The notes under the pieces: generated by a model
The model's input: the letters and a program-made list of their open reading frames with translations, nothing else
Told to the model about the DNA's origin: nothing
Databases searched by the model: none
Position numbers and translations under genes: made by a program
DNA from: a virus
Taxonomy: Duplodnaviria; Heunggongvirae; Uroviricota; Caudoviricetes
DNA length: 64,000 bases
Direction: 5' to 3' (one strand)
IMG/VR virus record: IMGVR_UViG_3300028887_000082
Part shown: positions 36,186-45,622 of the stretch, piece after piece
Layout: each line of letters begins with the position of its first letter
Numbering within the stretch: position 1 is the stretch's first letter

Positions 36186-36705
36186 TTTTAAGAAAATAGT
36201 TTTCCTGGATATAGATGGTGTATTGGCATCCATCCAATTCTTGTGTGATCATCCCAAGTCATCAGGAATTGATCCGGAAAAGTGTAAACTCCTCAACACC
36301 CTTTCTGAAATAGGTGCTGAAATTGTCATATCCTCTTCCTGGGGACACGACAATGGCAGAACTGAAAAGACATTGAGACAATGTGGGTTGACCCTTCCAA
36401 TCATAGGTTACACCCAACATTTTTCCCAGGACTGGATATGTAGGGGTAATGAAATTGAGAAGTGGTTGACAGAGATGTATGGTGGTATGGGTACCAAGTT
36501 TGGTTACGATTGCGATACGGGTGAACCATACTACAGGGAACACTTTAGTGATAATGATGTTGATTATGAGTATGTTATCTTTGATGATGACACTGATTTC
36601 CTGCTTGGACAAAAAGACAACTTCATCAAAATAGATGAAAAGACAGGTCTGACAGAAGAGGACATCAACAAAGCAATTAAGATACTTACAAGAAGTGGCG
36701 AATAA
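36178..36705 (+). CDS. HAD-superfamily phosphatase (polynucleotide 3'-phosphatase-like)
   Basis: Motif I VFLDIDGVLAS (DxDGxL); motif II IVISSSW; lies 1.6 kb downstream of the RNA ligase. Confidence 0.55.
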   Translation: MNDFKKIVFLDIDGVLASIQFLCDHPKSSGIDPEKCKLLNTLSEIGAEIVISSSWGHDNGRTEKTLRQCGLTLPIIGYTQHFSQDWICRGNEIEKWLTEMYGGMGTKFGYDCDTGEPYYREHFSDNDVDYEYVIFDDDTDFLLGQKDNFIKIDEKTGLTEEDINKAIKILTRSGE

Positions 36706-36726
36706 ATTTCGCCATTTTTTTTTTGT
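36697..36726 (+). terminator. rho-independent terminator (GGCGAA-ATAAAT-TTCGCC-TTTTTTTTTT)
   Basis: Perfect 6-bp GC stem plus T10, overlapping the gene's stop. Confidence 0.75.
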
Positions 36727-36752
36727 TATTTCAAAAAAATATATTATCTTTG
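36722..36752 (+). promoter_or_regulatory. Bacteroidota-type promoter (TTTG, 19 nt, TATCTTTG)
   Basis: TTTTGTTATTTCAAAAAAATATATTATCTTTGTAATAG upstream of 36775. Confidence 0.55.
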
Positions 36753-36774
36753 TAATAGATATAAACAAACAGAT

Positions 36775-37380
36775 ATGAAACTGATTGAATTAGGTACCCA
36801 GTATCTCACCCGTAAGGATGAGGAAGAGGCTGCCAGACAGGCTGCCCAGAAGATTATGGAAGAGATTGAAACCCTGTGTCCTCACAAGGTTGGTGAGATA
36901 ATCAAGTGGATTGGATCCAAGTGCAAGAAGGTTGGTCCGGTACATGATTCATATTGGACAACCGGTGACAAGGTTGAGAAGAAAGCTATGCTTTCCAAGG
37001 TTCAACCTGACATCTTCAAAACTCCTGATGGTGAGGTCAAGGTCAATTTCATATATACTTTCCGACCCATCACATCCAAGGGCAACCTGAGTCATATACA
37101 TACTTCACCTGAAGAAGAATTTGAATGGACAGGGGAAATGTATGAGAACCCCAACAAGAAGGATTACACATCTGACTTTGAGCAGTTCAAGAATGAACAC
37201 CCGGGTTGGGATAAGTATGGTATCACTGATTCAATGGCATATGACCTGATGGATTGGTATGATATAAAGCACAACATCACACTTGAACTGGATGAAGATG
37301 GTGAGGCAATATGTGCAAGTGATGAGGGACATGAGTTCGCAAGATATGTCTGGACTGAGATTCTCGGTCTTGTATGGTAA
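36775..37380 (+). CDS. hypothetical protein (201 aa)
   Basis: + strand ORF with its own promoter. Confidence 0.5.
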   Translation: MKLIELGTQYLTRKDEEEAARQAAQKIMEEIETLCPHKVGEIIKWIGSKCKKVGPVHDSYWTTGDKVEKKAMLSKVQPDIFKTPDGEVKVNFIYTFRPITSKGNLSHIHTSPEEEFEWTGEMYENPNKKDYTSDFEQFKNEHPGWDKYGITDSMAYDLMDWYDIKHNITLELDEDGEAICASDEGHEFARYVWTEILGLVW

Positions 37381-37399
37381 ACAATTAAACACTAAGGAT

Positions 37400-37732
37400 A
37401 TGAAGAAGATTTTATTTTTACTTTGTCTTATGTTGTGTCTGGTCTCTTGCGGGCCATTAGGCAGATGTGACTATAAGAGTACAATCACATACAAACTGGA
37501 TGGAGTATCCCATACAGAATCAATATTGATGGAAGACATACAAGAGTATTCTGTTCCATCTTATTCCTGTAGTCCAAAGGGGTTACAGATAATTGCTTCT
37601 AATGGTCCATACATCACCTACCGTAAAAAGATATACACAGGAAATCTTCCCATTGAGGTTGAAAAATTTGAATACAAGACATTGAGAACATACAAGGTTT
37701 CCGCATGGAGTGGAAAGGAAATTAAGAAATAA
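37400..37732 (+). CDS. small lipoprotein (~110 aa)
   Basis: Lipobox MKKILFLLCLMLCLVSC-GP at the internal ATG of ORF 37283..37732. Confidence 0.5.
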   Translation: MKKILFLLCLMLCLVSCGPLGRCDYKSTITYKLDGVSHTESILMEDIQEYSVPSYSCSPKGLQIIASNGPYITYRKKIYTGNLPIEVEKFEYKTLRTYKVSAWSGKEIKK

Positions 37733-38027
37733 TCATATGTTTGGAGATACAATAGATGATATGATGGTCATTATGGACAATGGTGTAAAGTCAAACCAGT
37801 CTGTCTATTCCGATCGCCTTTGGCAGATGAACCCCAAGAAGTATGACTCCTGTTGTATGAAGGTGTGGGGTAATGAAGGTCAGACTTTCTATGGCAGAGA
37901 GTTCAATGACATTGAGAAGTTCCTGAAACTCTATACAGAAAACAATGACCTGATACTGTGTAGAGTACTCCAGACAGAGAATGTCTCCAATGGTTACCCG
38001 CTGTGGAGATTTGATTACAAGATATAA
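37710..38027 (+). CDS. hypothetical protein (true start probably MFGDTIDD, ~37737)
   Basis: + strand ORF. Confidence 0.4.
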   Translation: MERKLRNNHMFGDTIDDMMVIMDNGVKSNQSVYSDRLWQMNPKKYDSCCMKVWGNEGQTFYGREFNDIEKFLKLYTENNDLILCRVLQTENVSNGYPLWRFDYKI

Positions 38028-38286
38028 AAAAGTTATGGCAGCATCAAAATTACCTAAAATCAATGTAGTTCGCATCACAAAGAACTATGTAACATTCAAG
38101 AGGGAAGACTTTGAAGCATTGAAGGCTGCATATCTTGATTTGTATAATGAACACAAGAATGACCCCAATGTCGGTAAGTCTGTCAAGGATCAATGGCTTG
38201 GACACTATCTGATGTTGTCTGAGATTTGTGGTAAATGGTCATTTCCCACTTTAGAAACAAAACCGGAAACAAATAAAACAAAATAA
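37981..38286 (+). CDS. hypothetical protein (101 aa)
   Basis: + strand ORF. Confidence 0.4.
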   Translation: MSPMVTRCGDLITRYKKVMAASKLPKINVVRITKNYVTFKREDFEALKAAYLDLYNEHKNDPNVGKSVKDQWLGHYLMLSEICGKWSFPTLETKPETNKTK

Positions 38287-38288
38287 TT

Positions 38289-38849
38289 ATGGCTTATAAA
38301 GGAGACCCCGAAAAGGATTTGATGGTCCAGTTTCTTGACCAGAAAACAATGTCATTCCAGACATTAATAGATGGTGTTGAGAATTTCAAACACAACTGTG
38401 AGTTAAACCATATTGACCCCAGGAATGTTCCATTTGTCATAGAGACAGATGGTCTCAAATATGCTGTACCCTGGTATGGTATCAGTCTTGGTATAGGAAA
38501 GGGTACAAGAGTTGCTGTGGAGTTTTCCAAGGATAAAAAGTGCATGCCCATTGTACCTGATGTAAGACCTGAGGGTGAGGGTGAGTACTGGAGTTCAAGA
38601 GGTCCAGGTTACCCGGACATATCCGGTTTCGTAAAGAGCAAGCAGGCCGGTGAGAGAATTGATGCTATGGTTGACAGGGTACTTGGTACCAAGAATCACA
38701 AGACCTGGCTTGATTACAGGGAGTTTGAACCCACCTGGATCCAATACAAGTTCCACAAGGATGAGTTTGATATGGAGAAACTGGACAAACTGACCAAGGA
38801 TAATGATTATATCATCACTGAAGAAATCATAAGGAGGTGTAAAAGATGA
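38289..38849 (+). CDS. hypothetical protein (186 aa)
   Basis: + strand ORF. Confidence 0.5.
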   Translation: MAYKGDPEKDLMVQFLDQKTMSFQTLIDGVENFKHNCELNHIDPRNVPFVIETDGLKYAVPWYGISLGIGKGTRVAVEFSKDKKCMPIVPDVRPEGEGEYWSSRGPGYPDISGFVKSKQAGERIDAMVDRVLGTKNHKTWLDYREFEPTWIQYKFHKDEFDMEKLDKLTKDNDYIITEEIIRRCKR

Positions 38850-39064
38850 AAGGAAAGGCAAGACTGATACGAAAGGAAGATGGCAGATATTATGTCTATG
38901 CAAAGGACTTCTGGTTTCAGAGGTGGAAGCCATTGACATACAGTGAGAATAGTGATGTACAGATTTCATTCAAGGACTTTGCTGAATTTGGGGAGGTAAC
39001 CCAGATTGAAACTTTTGATGTCATCACATTATCTTATGACAAGTTTTCAGGAATGAGAGGTTGA
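38846..39064 (+). CDS. hypothetical small protein (72 aa)
   Basis: + strand ORF, ATGA overlap. Confidence 0.4.
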   Translation: MKGKARLIRKEDGRYYVYAKDFWFQRWKPLTYSENSDVQISFKDFAEFGEVTQIETFDVITLSYDKFSGMRG

Positions 39065-39087
39065 CTATGTAACATAAAGAAATAACT

Positions 39088-39723
39088 ATGAGAAAGTTCA
39101 AAGAGGGTGATGTAATCAAGTATGATGGTATAGGTCACAATGTATATATCATCAAGGAGGTTCATAGATCCCATTATGTAAACAGTTTGGGTAACTGTAT
39201 GGATGGTGCTTACACAGATGCTAATTTCGTTTTCTGTGAAAGATGTAAACCGAACACTCGGATCGGAGAACTTGAAAAACTGATAAAAGAAAAGGAATCT
39301 GAATTGGGAAAACTCCGCCAGGAATTGCATGAACTGGAAGAGAACATCAATTACGGCAACATCAATTTCTTAATAAAGTGTTCAAATGATTCATCCATAC
39401 TTGCAAAGAATACAGATGAAGGTGACATTCTGATTGACTCTTATGTGGACAACAATGGTAAGGTTCATGCCCGTTCTGGAAAAGAAAGAAGGGAATATGC
39501 TTCTGACATCTTCCTGGAATATCTTGGAACAGGAAACAAATACACTATCTGTACTTGCAGTGATGAGGCATTGAATGCTATTGGAAACCTATTGATGGAA
39601 TACAATGTCATACCCAACAATATAGAGGTACTTATGTTCTCTAAGGAACATCCGGAAGGTAAGGTCAGTCACTACACAAGAGAAGGATACCTGACCAACT
39701 GGGAGATTGGTTTCCTGGGTTAA
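39088..39723 (+). CDS. hypothetical protein (211 aa) with short coiled coil
   Basis: ELEKLIKEKESELGKLRQELHELEENI segment. Confidence 0.5.
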   Translation: MRKFKEGDVIKYDGIGHNVYIIKEVHRSHYVNSLGNCMDGAYTDANFVFCERCKPNTRIGELEKLIKEKESELGKLRQELHELEENINYGNINFLIKCSNDSSILAKNTDEGDILIDSYVDNNGKVHARSGKERREYASDIFLEYLGTGNKYTICTCSDEALNAIGNLLMEYNVIPNNIEVLMFSKEHPEGKVSHYTREGYLTNWEIGFLG

Positions 39724-39734
39724 AAAATACAACT

Positions 39735-40058
39735 ATGGTAGCATACAAGACAAGTAAAGACTATAAACACCTCATAGAGTTACTCAACAAAGGTGTTGAG
39801 GTGGTATGTTTCTACACTTATGACTGGAATATGCTCAGACCTGGAGAGAAACAGGAAGACCATGAACCAATGATGGTAACTGATGTATGTACTGCAAAAC
39901 TGATGTATAAGGACAGTAAATATGAGCAGTATGTCATCTCGTGTAGAGGATCCCAGTTCATAAGTTACTGGGTACATGATTTCCCTTACACATACACATT
40001 TGAGGAATTGCTTAAAGCAAGAGATATAGAATATATTGAACCCAATAACATCCAATGA
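39735..40058 (+). CDS. hypothetical protein (107 aa)
   Basis: + strand ORF. Confidence 0.45.
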   Translation: MVAYKTSKDYKHLIELLNKGVEVVCFYTYDWNMLRPGEKQEDHEPMMVTDVCTAKLMYKDSKYEQYVISCRGSQFISYWVHDFPYTYTFEELLKARDIEYIEPNNIQ

Positions 40059-40326
40059 TATGGAAGTAATTATAGATGGAGTAAAATATCTTCCTTCCAA
40101 TGTGGCACAACCCACAATGGAGGAACTGAAACAGTATCTGGAGGAACTGAAAGGTAAAAGTCATCTGGTTGCTGAACAGAAAGTCCCTGCTGAATATGTA
40201 AGAGATGATGACAGAGGCAGACCCTTTGACAAGGCATATGACAAGAGAGACTGTTATGAAAGGGGATATGACTATGCCTTATTGGAGATTTTATACTGGG
40301 TAAATGAACACACTAATAATAAGTAA
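40036..40326 (+). CDS. hypothetical protein (96 aa)
   Basis: + strand ORF. Confidence 0.4.
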   Translation: MNPITSNDMEVIIDGVKYLPSNVAQPTMEELKQYLEELKGKSHLVAEQKVPAEYVRDDDRGRPFDKAYDKRDCYERGYDYALLEILYWVNEHTNNK

Positions 40327-40711
40327 TATGGATAGAGAAAAATTATTGACAGTATTCAATTTGAGTAACAGTGCATTGATATTCACCTCATTTGGTGTAT
40401 TCAATATGGCAATAAACAACCACAAGGGTGCATTCATCCTGTTCGGTATTGCCCTGGTGGAACTCCTGGCGATGTCCATCACACTCGGAATTGGAGTGTT
40501 TGGAAAGAATAAATGAACATCCAATGGAAGGAAAGAAGTTAGGCAGGAAGGATAAGGAAATGCTCAAGTCGGCACTTGGTGCCATCCACTTCGCAGATGA
40601 CAGGTATTACTTTGATGGTGGAGAATACACATCCATTGATGTAATATCCTGACTGACTGATCTGGTCCTGAATAAATGACTTAATTTGGTATATTTATAT
40701 AAAGGTAAGAT

Positions 40712-40912
40712 ATGACAAAAGAAGAATTCAATAATGAGATATCAGTCGGTGATGTAGTAAGAATCATTGGAACTGACAAAGAGGAAGACTGTGTGGTTCA
40801 ACACAAGACAGAATATGCAGTCAATCTCCTGACTGTTGAATTAGGTCCGAGCGGTCTTCCGCGCGGAAGTTTCTATCGCACATATGATGAGATAATTTCA
40901 AAAGTAAAATAA
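40712..40912 (+). CDS. hypothetical small protein (66 aa)
   Basis: + strand ORF. Confidence 0.4.
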   Translation: MTKEEFNNEISVGDVVRIIGTDKEEDCVVQHKTEYAVNLLTVELGPSGLPRGSFYRTYDEIISKVK

Positions 40913-40913
40913 T

Positions 40914-41114
40914 ATGGGTAATAAAAACAAATTAAAGGGTGAAGGTACTGCCACAATCATACAGACCAAACAAAACCTGGGTCTCTTCTTTGAGAATGGC
41001 AGATTCTACACCATGTACTCCAATAGTTCATATGGTCCCATACTTGAAAAGGAGGATGTGACCGATGAAATTGCAAAGGTACTGAAACCATATTTCACAT
41101 CTAATCCGGATTGA
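40914..41114 (+). CDS. hypothetical small protein (66 aa)
   Basis: + strand ORF. Confidence 0.4.
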   Translation: MGNKNKLKGEGTATIIQTKQNLGLFFENGRFYTMYSNSSYGPILEKEDVTDEIAKVLKPYFTSNPD

Positions 41115-41584
41115 CAATGATCCCTGTACTCACATTAGACACAGATGCCATCACCAAGAACTGGAAGGGTGACCAGGAGTCCATTGACTGGGTAAAGAAG
41201 TACTGTAACGCTGTTTATGCAGAGAACAGTACCATCCCATTGTATCAATGTGATGAGAACTATGTTGATATGGAAGTCTTCAAGGAGTTCAAAAAGATTT
41301 GTACTATGAGGGATTTCCATGACTATGGTTACTGTGACAATGAGGAGTCCCTGGTGAAATATCTCCAGAAGTATGTTGATGACAAAGACAACAACTACTT
41401 TGTCCATTTTGGTTTTATGAGTATGGACTATGAGAAGTACTACAAGAATGGGACATACATCAACAAGGATGGTATTGATACTGATCAGGACTACTATCTC
41501 TATATAGATCAACATCCGGAGATGAAGATTGACCAGGAGTTTGAGAACAAATGGATAACATATACAGTAAGAAAACTGAAATAA
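41111..41584 (+). CDS. hypothetical protein (157 aa)
   Basis: + strand ORF. Confidence 0.5.
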   Translation: MTMIPVLTLDTDAITKNWKGDQESIDWVKKYCNAVYAENSTIPLYQCDENYVDMEVFKEFKKICTMRDFHDYGYCDNEESLVKYLQKYVDDKDNNYFVHFGFMSMDYEKYYKNGTYINKDGIDTDQDYYLYIDQHPEMKIDQEFENKWITYTVRKLK

Positions 41585-41599
41585 TCAAAATAAACAACT

Positions 41600-42391
41600 A
41601 TGGCAAAAAAGAAGGAGAATGAAGAGGAGAAGACAATCTCTCCAAGTCAGTACTTTGATTTCTTGAAGGGAGCAAAGAACATCATCACAACCGAGGCACT
41701 CAAGGAGTCATATGATGTGTTCATAAAACTGGCTGAAAAGTACCAAAAGATAGGTCAGGTGGAGTCTCTCAAGAAGCTTTGCTTCCTTGCAGACACACTG
41801 GTGAAGGAGGAGAAACTCATTGAGATGGGAATCAACACATTCATCTATAAGGACACCATTGAGGACTACATTGAGAATGTGGCAGGTAAGACCGTCAAGA
41901 TTGTGGAACTCTCCAGATATATGAGAGAGGTTCCGGATGAACTGGTGGAGACCATTGAAAAGACCAAGAGTCTCTTCAATGAGTTCTATGTAATCTTCAC
42001 AGACTATACCGGTAAGGAAGAGAGAAAGATTGAGAAGGAGAGAAGGGATAAGGATCCCATCCTGTTCGGTGTGTTCAAAGACAACACCAATGTATCTGAC
42101 CGCTTCTACTTCCTGGGTGACTGGGTGGATGAGTATTGTGACCTCACCCTTGACAAGATGGTTGAGCAGTACAAGTCAAAGAAGAATGTCTCACCTGTTG
42201 TAACCACAGAGATACCCAAGGATAGTGATGAACTTGTTTCAATCCTCAAGACATACAAGATTGAGGAGAAGAAGGGTAACAGTTACATAACCCTTACACC
42301 CAATGATCCGCTTCCTGTTGCCAATTACAAGGTAGAGGGTGAAAAGAAACCCGGATTCTTTAAGAAGGTCTTCAGTGTATTTAAGAACTAA
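41600..42391 (+). CDS. hypothetical protein (263 aa)
   Basis: + strand ORF. Confidence 0.55.
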   Translation: MAKKKENEEEKTISPSQYFDFLKGAKNIITTEALKESYDVFIKLAEKYQKIGQVESLKKLCFLADTLVKEEKLIEMGINTFIYKDTIEDYIENVAGKTVKIVELSRYMREVPDELVETIEKTKSLFNEFYVIFTDYTGKEERKIEKERRDKDPILFGVFKDNTNVSDRFYFLGDWVDEYCDLTLDKMVEQYKSKKNVSPVVTTEIPKDSDELVSILKTYKIEEKKGNSYITLTPNDPLPVANYKVEGEKKPGFFKKVFSVFKN

Positions 42392-42393
42392 GT

Positions 42394-42798
42394 ATGCTTC
42401 CGAGAAACATTGATCTCACCGAGAATAGAGACTTTGGTGGTGATGGAGAATTGGATGGACTTGACATATCACTCTGGTGGGATGATGATGAATTGATAAC
42501 TCCTGCCCAGTGGCACAATAGTGTAAGGTTTCAGAGTTTCTTTGGGAAAAGAATCCACAAGAATGAGAAGGATAAAATCTTCACTCATATGGATCTTCCA
42601 TTTCTCACAGGTGATGAAGGTAGATGTACCAAGTGTGGTCGCTTATTAGTCCCCTGGAATAGGTTTCACGGATTCTGTATGGGATGTAAAGATGAAATGG
42701 AAAAGTTCACACCAAAGGACATTCCTTGGCGGAACAATGAACTAAGAATAGTTAGAGCTGGTGACAGAGGTCAGGGAGATTTATTCAATTTAAGATGA
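42394..42798 (+). CDS. hypothetical protein with zinc-ribbon (134 aa); C-terminus ends ...RAGDRGQGDLFNLR
   Basis: CTKCGRLLVPWNRFHGFCMGCKDE; its C-terminal GDRGQGD echoes the N-terminal tag of the downstream array. Confidence 0.5.
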   Translation: MLPRNIDLTENRDFGGDGELDGLDISLWWDDDELITPAQWHNSVRFQSFFGKRIHKNEKDKIFTHMDLPFLTGDEGRCTKCGRLLVPWNRFHGFCMGCKDEMEKFTPKDIPWRNNELRIVRAGDRGQGDLFNLR

Positions 42799-42971
42799 GT
42801 ATCTGGGGTGATATGCTTGACAAAGGTCAGGGAGATATGGAGAGAGGAGAAGACCTTCCACATATCAGAAGTCTTTATCCCTCAGTGTTTGGTAAGAAAA
42901 ATCCCACAAGAAAGGATTTGGAAGACTATAGAGAAATGTGTGAAAACTTAAATAAAATATTTGGACTATGA
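42795..42971 (+). CDS. tandem-array member 1 (58 aa): N-terminus MSIWGDMLDKGQGD...
   Basis: Shares the N-terminal MS(I/V)WGDMLD(R/K)G.G motif with the next four genes. Confidence 0.5.
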   Translation: MSIWGDMLDKGQGDMERGEDLPHIRSLYPSVFGKKNPTRKDLEDYREMCENLNKIFGL

Positions 42972-43237
42972 GTATCTGGGGTGACATGCTTGACCGGGGA
43001 ACCGGGGAGAAAATAAAGAAGGAGGATATCATCCCCTTTCCTAACTTTGATGAACTTTTTTATCCTGATATTACTATTAATCCCAAATCATTTACTGTAG
43101 ATTATTTAGACCAATTAAGAGATTTCTCAAAGAAAACATCAGATATAGAAAGTAAACTATCAGATGTGGAAAAGAAACTCAAGGAACTTGGAGTTACAAT
43201 AAATGATTTTACCAAATCATGTAGATTACCATTATGA
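42968..43237 (+). CDS. tandem-array member 2 (89 aa): MSIWGDMLDRGTGEKIKKEDIIPF...
   Basis: First ~60 nt nearly identical to member 5; C-terminus unrelated. Confidence 0.6.
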   Translation: MSIWGDMLDRGTGEKIKKEDIIPFPNFDELFYPDITINPKSFTVDYLDQLRDFSKKTSDIESKLSDVEKKLKELGVTINDFTKSCRLPL

Positions 43238-43494
43238 GTGTCTGGGGTGACATGCTTGACAGAGGTAGAGGTATAAGAGAAAAGAAAGAAGATGATTACC
43301 TCTCCAAAATGAAAAGTGCGGGTGTATATAAACCTGTATTTGTACCCTGGTGGAAGAATTTTGACTCTACTGATATTGATATTGATGAAGATGCAATAAA
43401 GGAGATGAACAATTTCAGCTGGGATAAAATGTGGAAGAAACAGAATATCAATGATGAATATTCAAGAGACCTTTTATCCAAACTGTACAAATAA
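43234..43494 (+). CDS. tandem-array member 3 (86 aa): MSVWGDMLDRGRGIREKKEDDYL...
   Basis: Conserved N-terminal 20 aa, divergent remainder. Confidence 0.6.
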   Translation: MSVWGDMLDRGRGIREKKEDDYLSKMKSAGVYKPVFVPWWKNFDSTDIDIDEDAIKEMNNFSWDKMWKKQNINDEYSRDLLSKLYK

Positions 43495-43499
43495 ATCTT

Positions 43500-43817
43500 A
43501 TGGGAGTCTGGGGAAAAATACTTGACCAAGGTTGTGGTATAAAGATTAAGAAGGAGAATGAATATTTGGAGAATCTGAAAAGGATGATTAGAGATGTCCT
43601 ATCTTCCCATAAGGTTTGTCCAGATGGTGACCCACCAATCAAAAATTTCTTTATTGAGGTTGAAGAAGATGGAGGAGTACAAAGATATTCCATTACCCTT
43701 GCAGCCTTGGAACACAAAGATGAATATGGACAAATAACAAGAGATTTTAATAGTCTTGATAATTTGGAAAGCATCCTTAAACTACTTAAAAAAGGAAAAA
43801 TAATATATGTATTTTAA
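43500..43817 (+). CDS. tandem-array member 4 (105 aa): MGVWGKILDQGCGIKIKKENEYL...
   Basis: Most divergent copy of the N-terminal motif. Confidence 0.55.
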   Translation: MGVWGKILDQGCGIKIKKENEYLENLKRMIRDVLSSHKVCPDGDPPIKNFFIEVEEDGGVQRYSITLAALEHKDEYGQITRDFNSLDNLESILKLLKKGKIIYVF

Positions 43818-43819
43818 TT

Positions 43820-44233
43820 ATGAGTATCTGGGGTGATATGCTTGACCGGGGAACCGGTGAAAAGATAAAGAAGGAGGATCTCATTGCCGATCCACTGGGG
43901 ACACTTGAAAAAAGTGTTATAGTGTATATAGGACCTGTGGACAGAACAGTGTTTCCCACAATGCCGGCGGAAAAAGGACAACTGTACTATGTAAAGGATG
44001 AGGTAACCATTGAAGGTGTAACCTTTCCAGCAGGTTCAGGTATAGTCTATGATGGAACCAAGTGGGTAAATGTAGGTGGTTACACTGTTGAAAGGGTAGA
44101 TGCCAATATCGATTACCTTAAACCTGATTCTGGTTTGGAATATATCCCTGAGCCGCCGCGAATTACAATAGCAGCATATGACGATGACGGAGTATATGTA
44201 CCAAAGTCAATAGGATGGAAAAATAATTTTTGA
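43820..44233 (+). CDS. tandem-array member 5 (137 aa): MSIWGDMLDRGTGEKIKKEDLIAD...
   Basis: N-terminal motif; unrelated beta-rich C-terminal domain. Confidence 0.6.
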   Translation: MSIWGDMLDRGTGEKIKKEDLIADPLGTLEKSVIVYIGPVDRTVFPTMPAEKGQLYYVKDEVTIEGVTFPAGSGIVYDGTKWVNVGGYTVERVDANIDYLKPDSGLEYIPEPPRITIAAYDDDGVYVPKSIGWKNNF

Positions 44234-44259
44234 TTAATCAAGAAAAATCATTATATTTG
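44229..44259 (+). promoter_or_regulatory. Bacteroidota-type promoter (TTTG, 19 nt, TATATTTG)
   Basis: TTTTGATTAATCAAGAAAAATCATTATATTTGTAAGAG upstream of 44286. Confidence 0.5.
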
Positions 44260-44285
44260 TAAGAGAAGAGACATTTAATCTTATT

Positions 44286-45605
44286 ATGAAACTAACATTA
44301 GAGAATATTACAATCAAAGACCACAAGATTTATGACCCGGAAGGAAACTTCAGGGGAGAAATCTTGTATGAGTACATTCGTGGTTCTCATCTGTATTCAA
44401 CCAATGTGGAGACATCAGATGAAGACCAGGGAGGTATCTACATTATGCCTAACAGCACCATATTGGGTCTTGGTCTTGACTATCAGAATGAGATAAAGGA
44501 TAAGAGTAATGACAAGTGCATCTGGGAGTTGGGAAGATTCCTGGAACTTGCCCTGTCTTCAAACCCAACTGTCCTGGAGGCACTCTTTGTTCCTGGTGAT
44601 AAGGTCATCTATGAACATCCTGTCATCAAGGAGATCCGTTCACACCGTGATGAGTTTATCACCAAGAAGTGTTTTGCACCATTTGGAGGTTATGCTTCAA
44701 GTCAGATAAAGAAGGCTCAGGGTCAGAACAAGAAGATCCACTGGGATATTGCCCAGATGGTAAGGAAGACTCCTATGGACTTCTGTTATACCTTGAAGAA
44801 CCAGGGTAGTCAGCCTATGCAGGACTGGTTGGATGAAAGAGGACTTGATCAGAGAAACTGTGGTCTGGTCAATATTCCCAATATGCCTGATATGTTCGGT
44901 GTGTATTATGACTGGGGTCAGCACATCAGACTTGCCGGTATCACCAAGGAGTATTTCACCAATAAGGAGAATTACTACAAGGATAAGTTTATCAAGACTA
45001 TGGACATGTATCTTGGAAATGAATATATCCTCCATGAGGATGGAAACCTTGAGGATGAACTTGAATATATCTGGGATCATCACTCTGAACCTCATGGTGG
45101 TTACTGTGGAATCATCTCACCCAATGAGGATTCCAACACAGTAAGGTTCTCTTCTGTTGTCAAGGGTGAGAAACCCATCTGTTATATGTCTTACAATGCC
45201 AATGCATATATATCACATTGTAAGGAGTATAGGGAGTATGAGGACTGGAAGGAACACAGAAATCCAGCAAGGTATGAATCCAATATGGAGGGAGAGAAGT
45301 CAGGCAATGCAGATATGAAATATGACTGCAAGAATATGATGCACTGCTTCAGGTTGATGGCAATGGCAAAGGAGATTGCAGAAGGAAAGGGTGTGATCCT
45401 GGATCGCGCTGGTATTGACAGGGAGTTTCTCCTGGATGTTAGAAACCGTAAGTATGGTTATTCTGAACTCCAGAAGAAGATGCTTGACCTGAAGGATGAG
45501 ATGGATGCTGCCATTGAGAAATCTACCATCAAGGATGAGATTGATCCCCAAATGGTCAATGACCTCCTCCTGGAAGCAAGAAAACATTTTAATTCAAAAG
45601 ATTAA
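44286..45605 (+). CDS. Pol-beta superfamily nucleotidyltransferase (439 aa)
   Basis: N-terminal hG[GS]x9-13Dh[DE]h motif: IRGSHLYSTNVETSDEDQGGIYI; substrate specificity not determinable from sequence. Confidence 0.5.
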   Translation: MKLTLENITIKDHKIYDPEGNFRGEILYEYIRGSHLYSTNVETSDEDQGGIYIMPNSTILGLGLDYQNEIKDKSNDKCIWELGRFLELALSSNPTVLEALFVPGDKVIYEHPVIKEIRSHRDEFITKKCFAPFGGYASSQIKKAQGQNKKIHWDIAQMVRKTPMDFCYTLKNQGSQPMQDWLDERGLDQRNCGLVNIPNMPDMFGVYYDWGQHIRLAGITKEYFTNKENYYKDKFIKTMDMYLGNEYILHEDGNLEDELEYIWDHHSEPHGGYCGIISPNEDSNTVRFSSVVKGEKPICYMSYNANAYISHCKEYREYEDWKEHRNPARYESNMEGEKSGNADMKYDCKNMMHCFRLMAMAKEIAEGKGVILDRAGIDREFLLDVRNRKYGYSELQKKMLDLKDEMDAAIEKSTIKDEIDPQMVNDLLLEARKHFNSKD

Positions 45606-45622
45606 CTTTAAAAAATAACACT

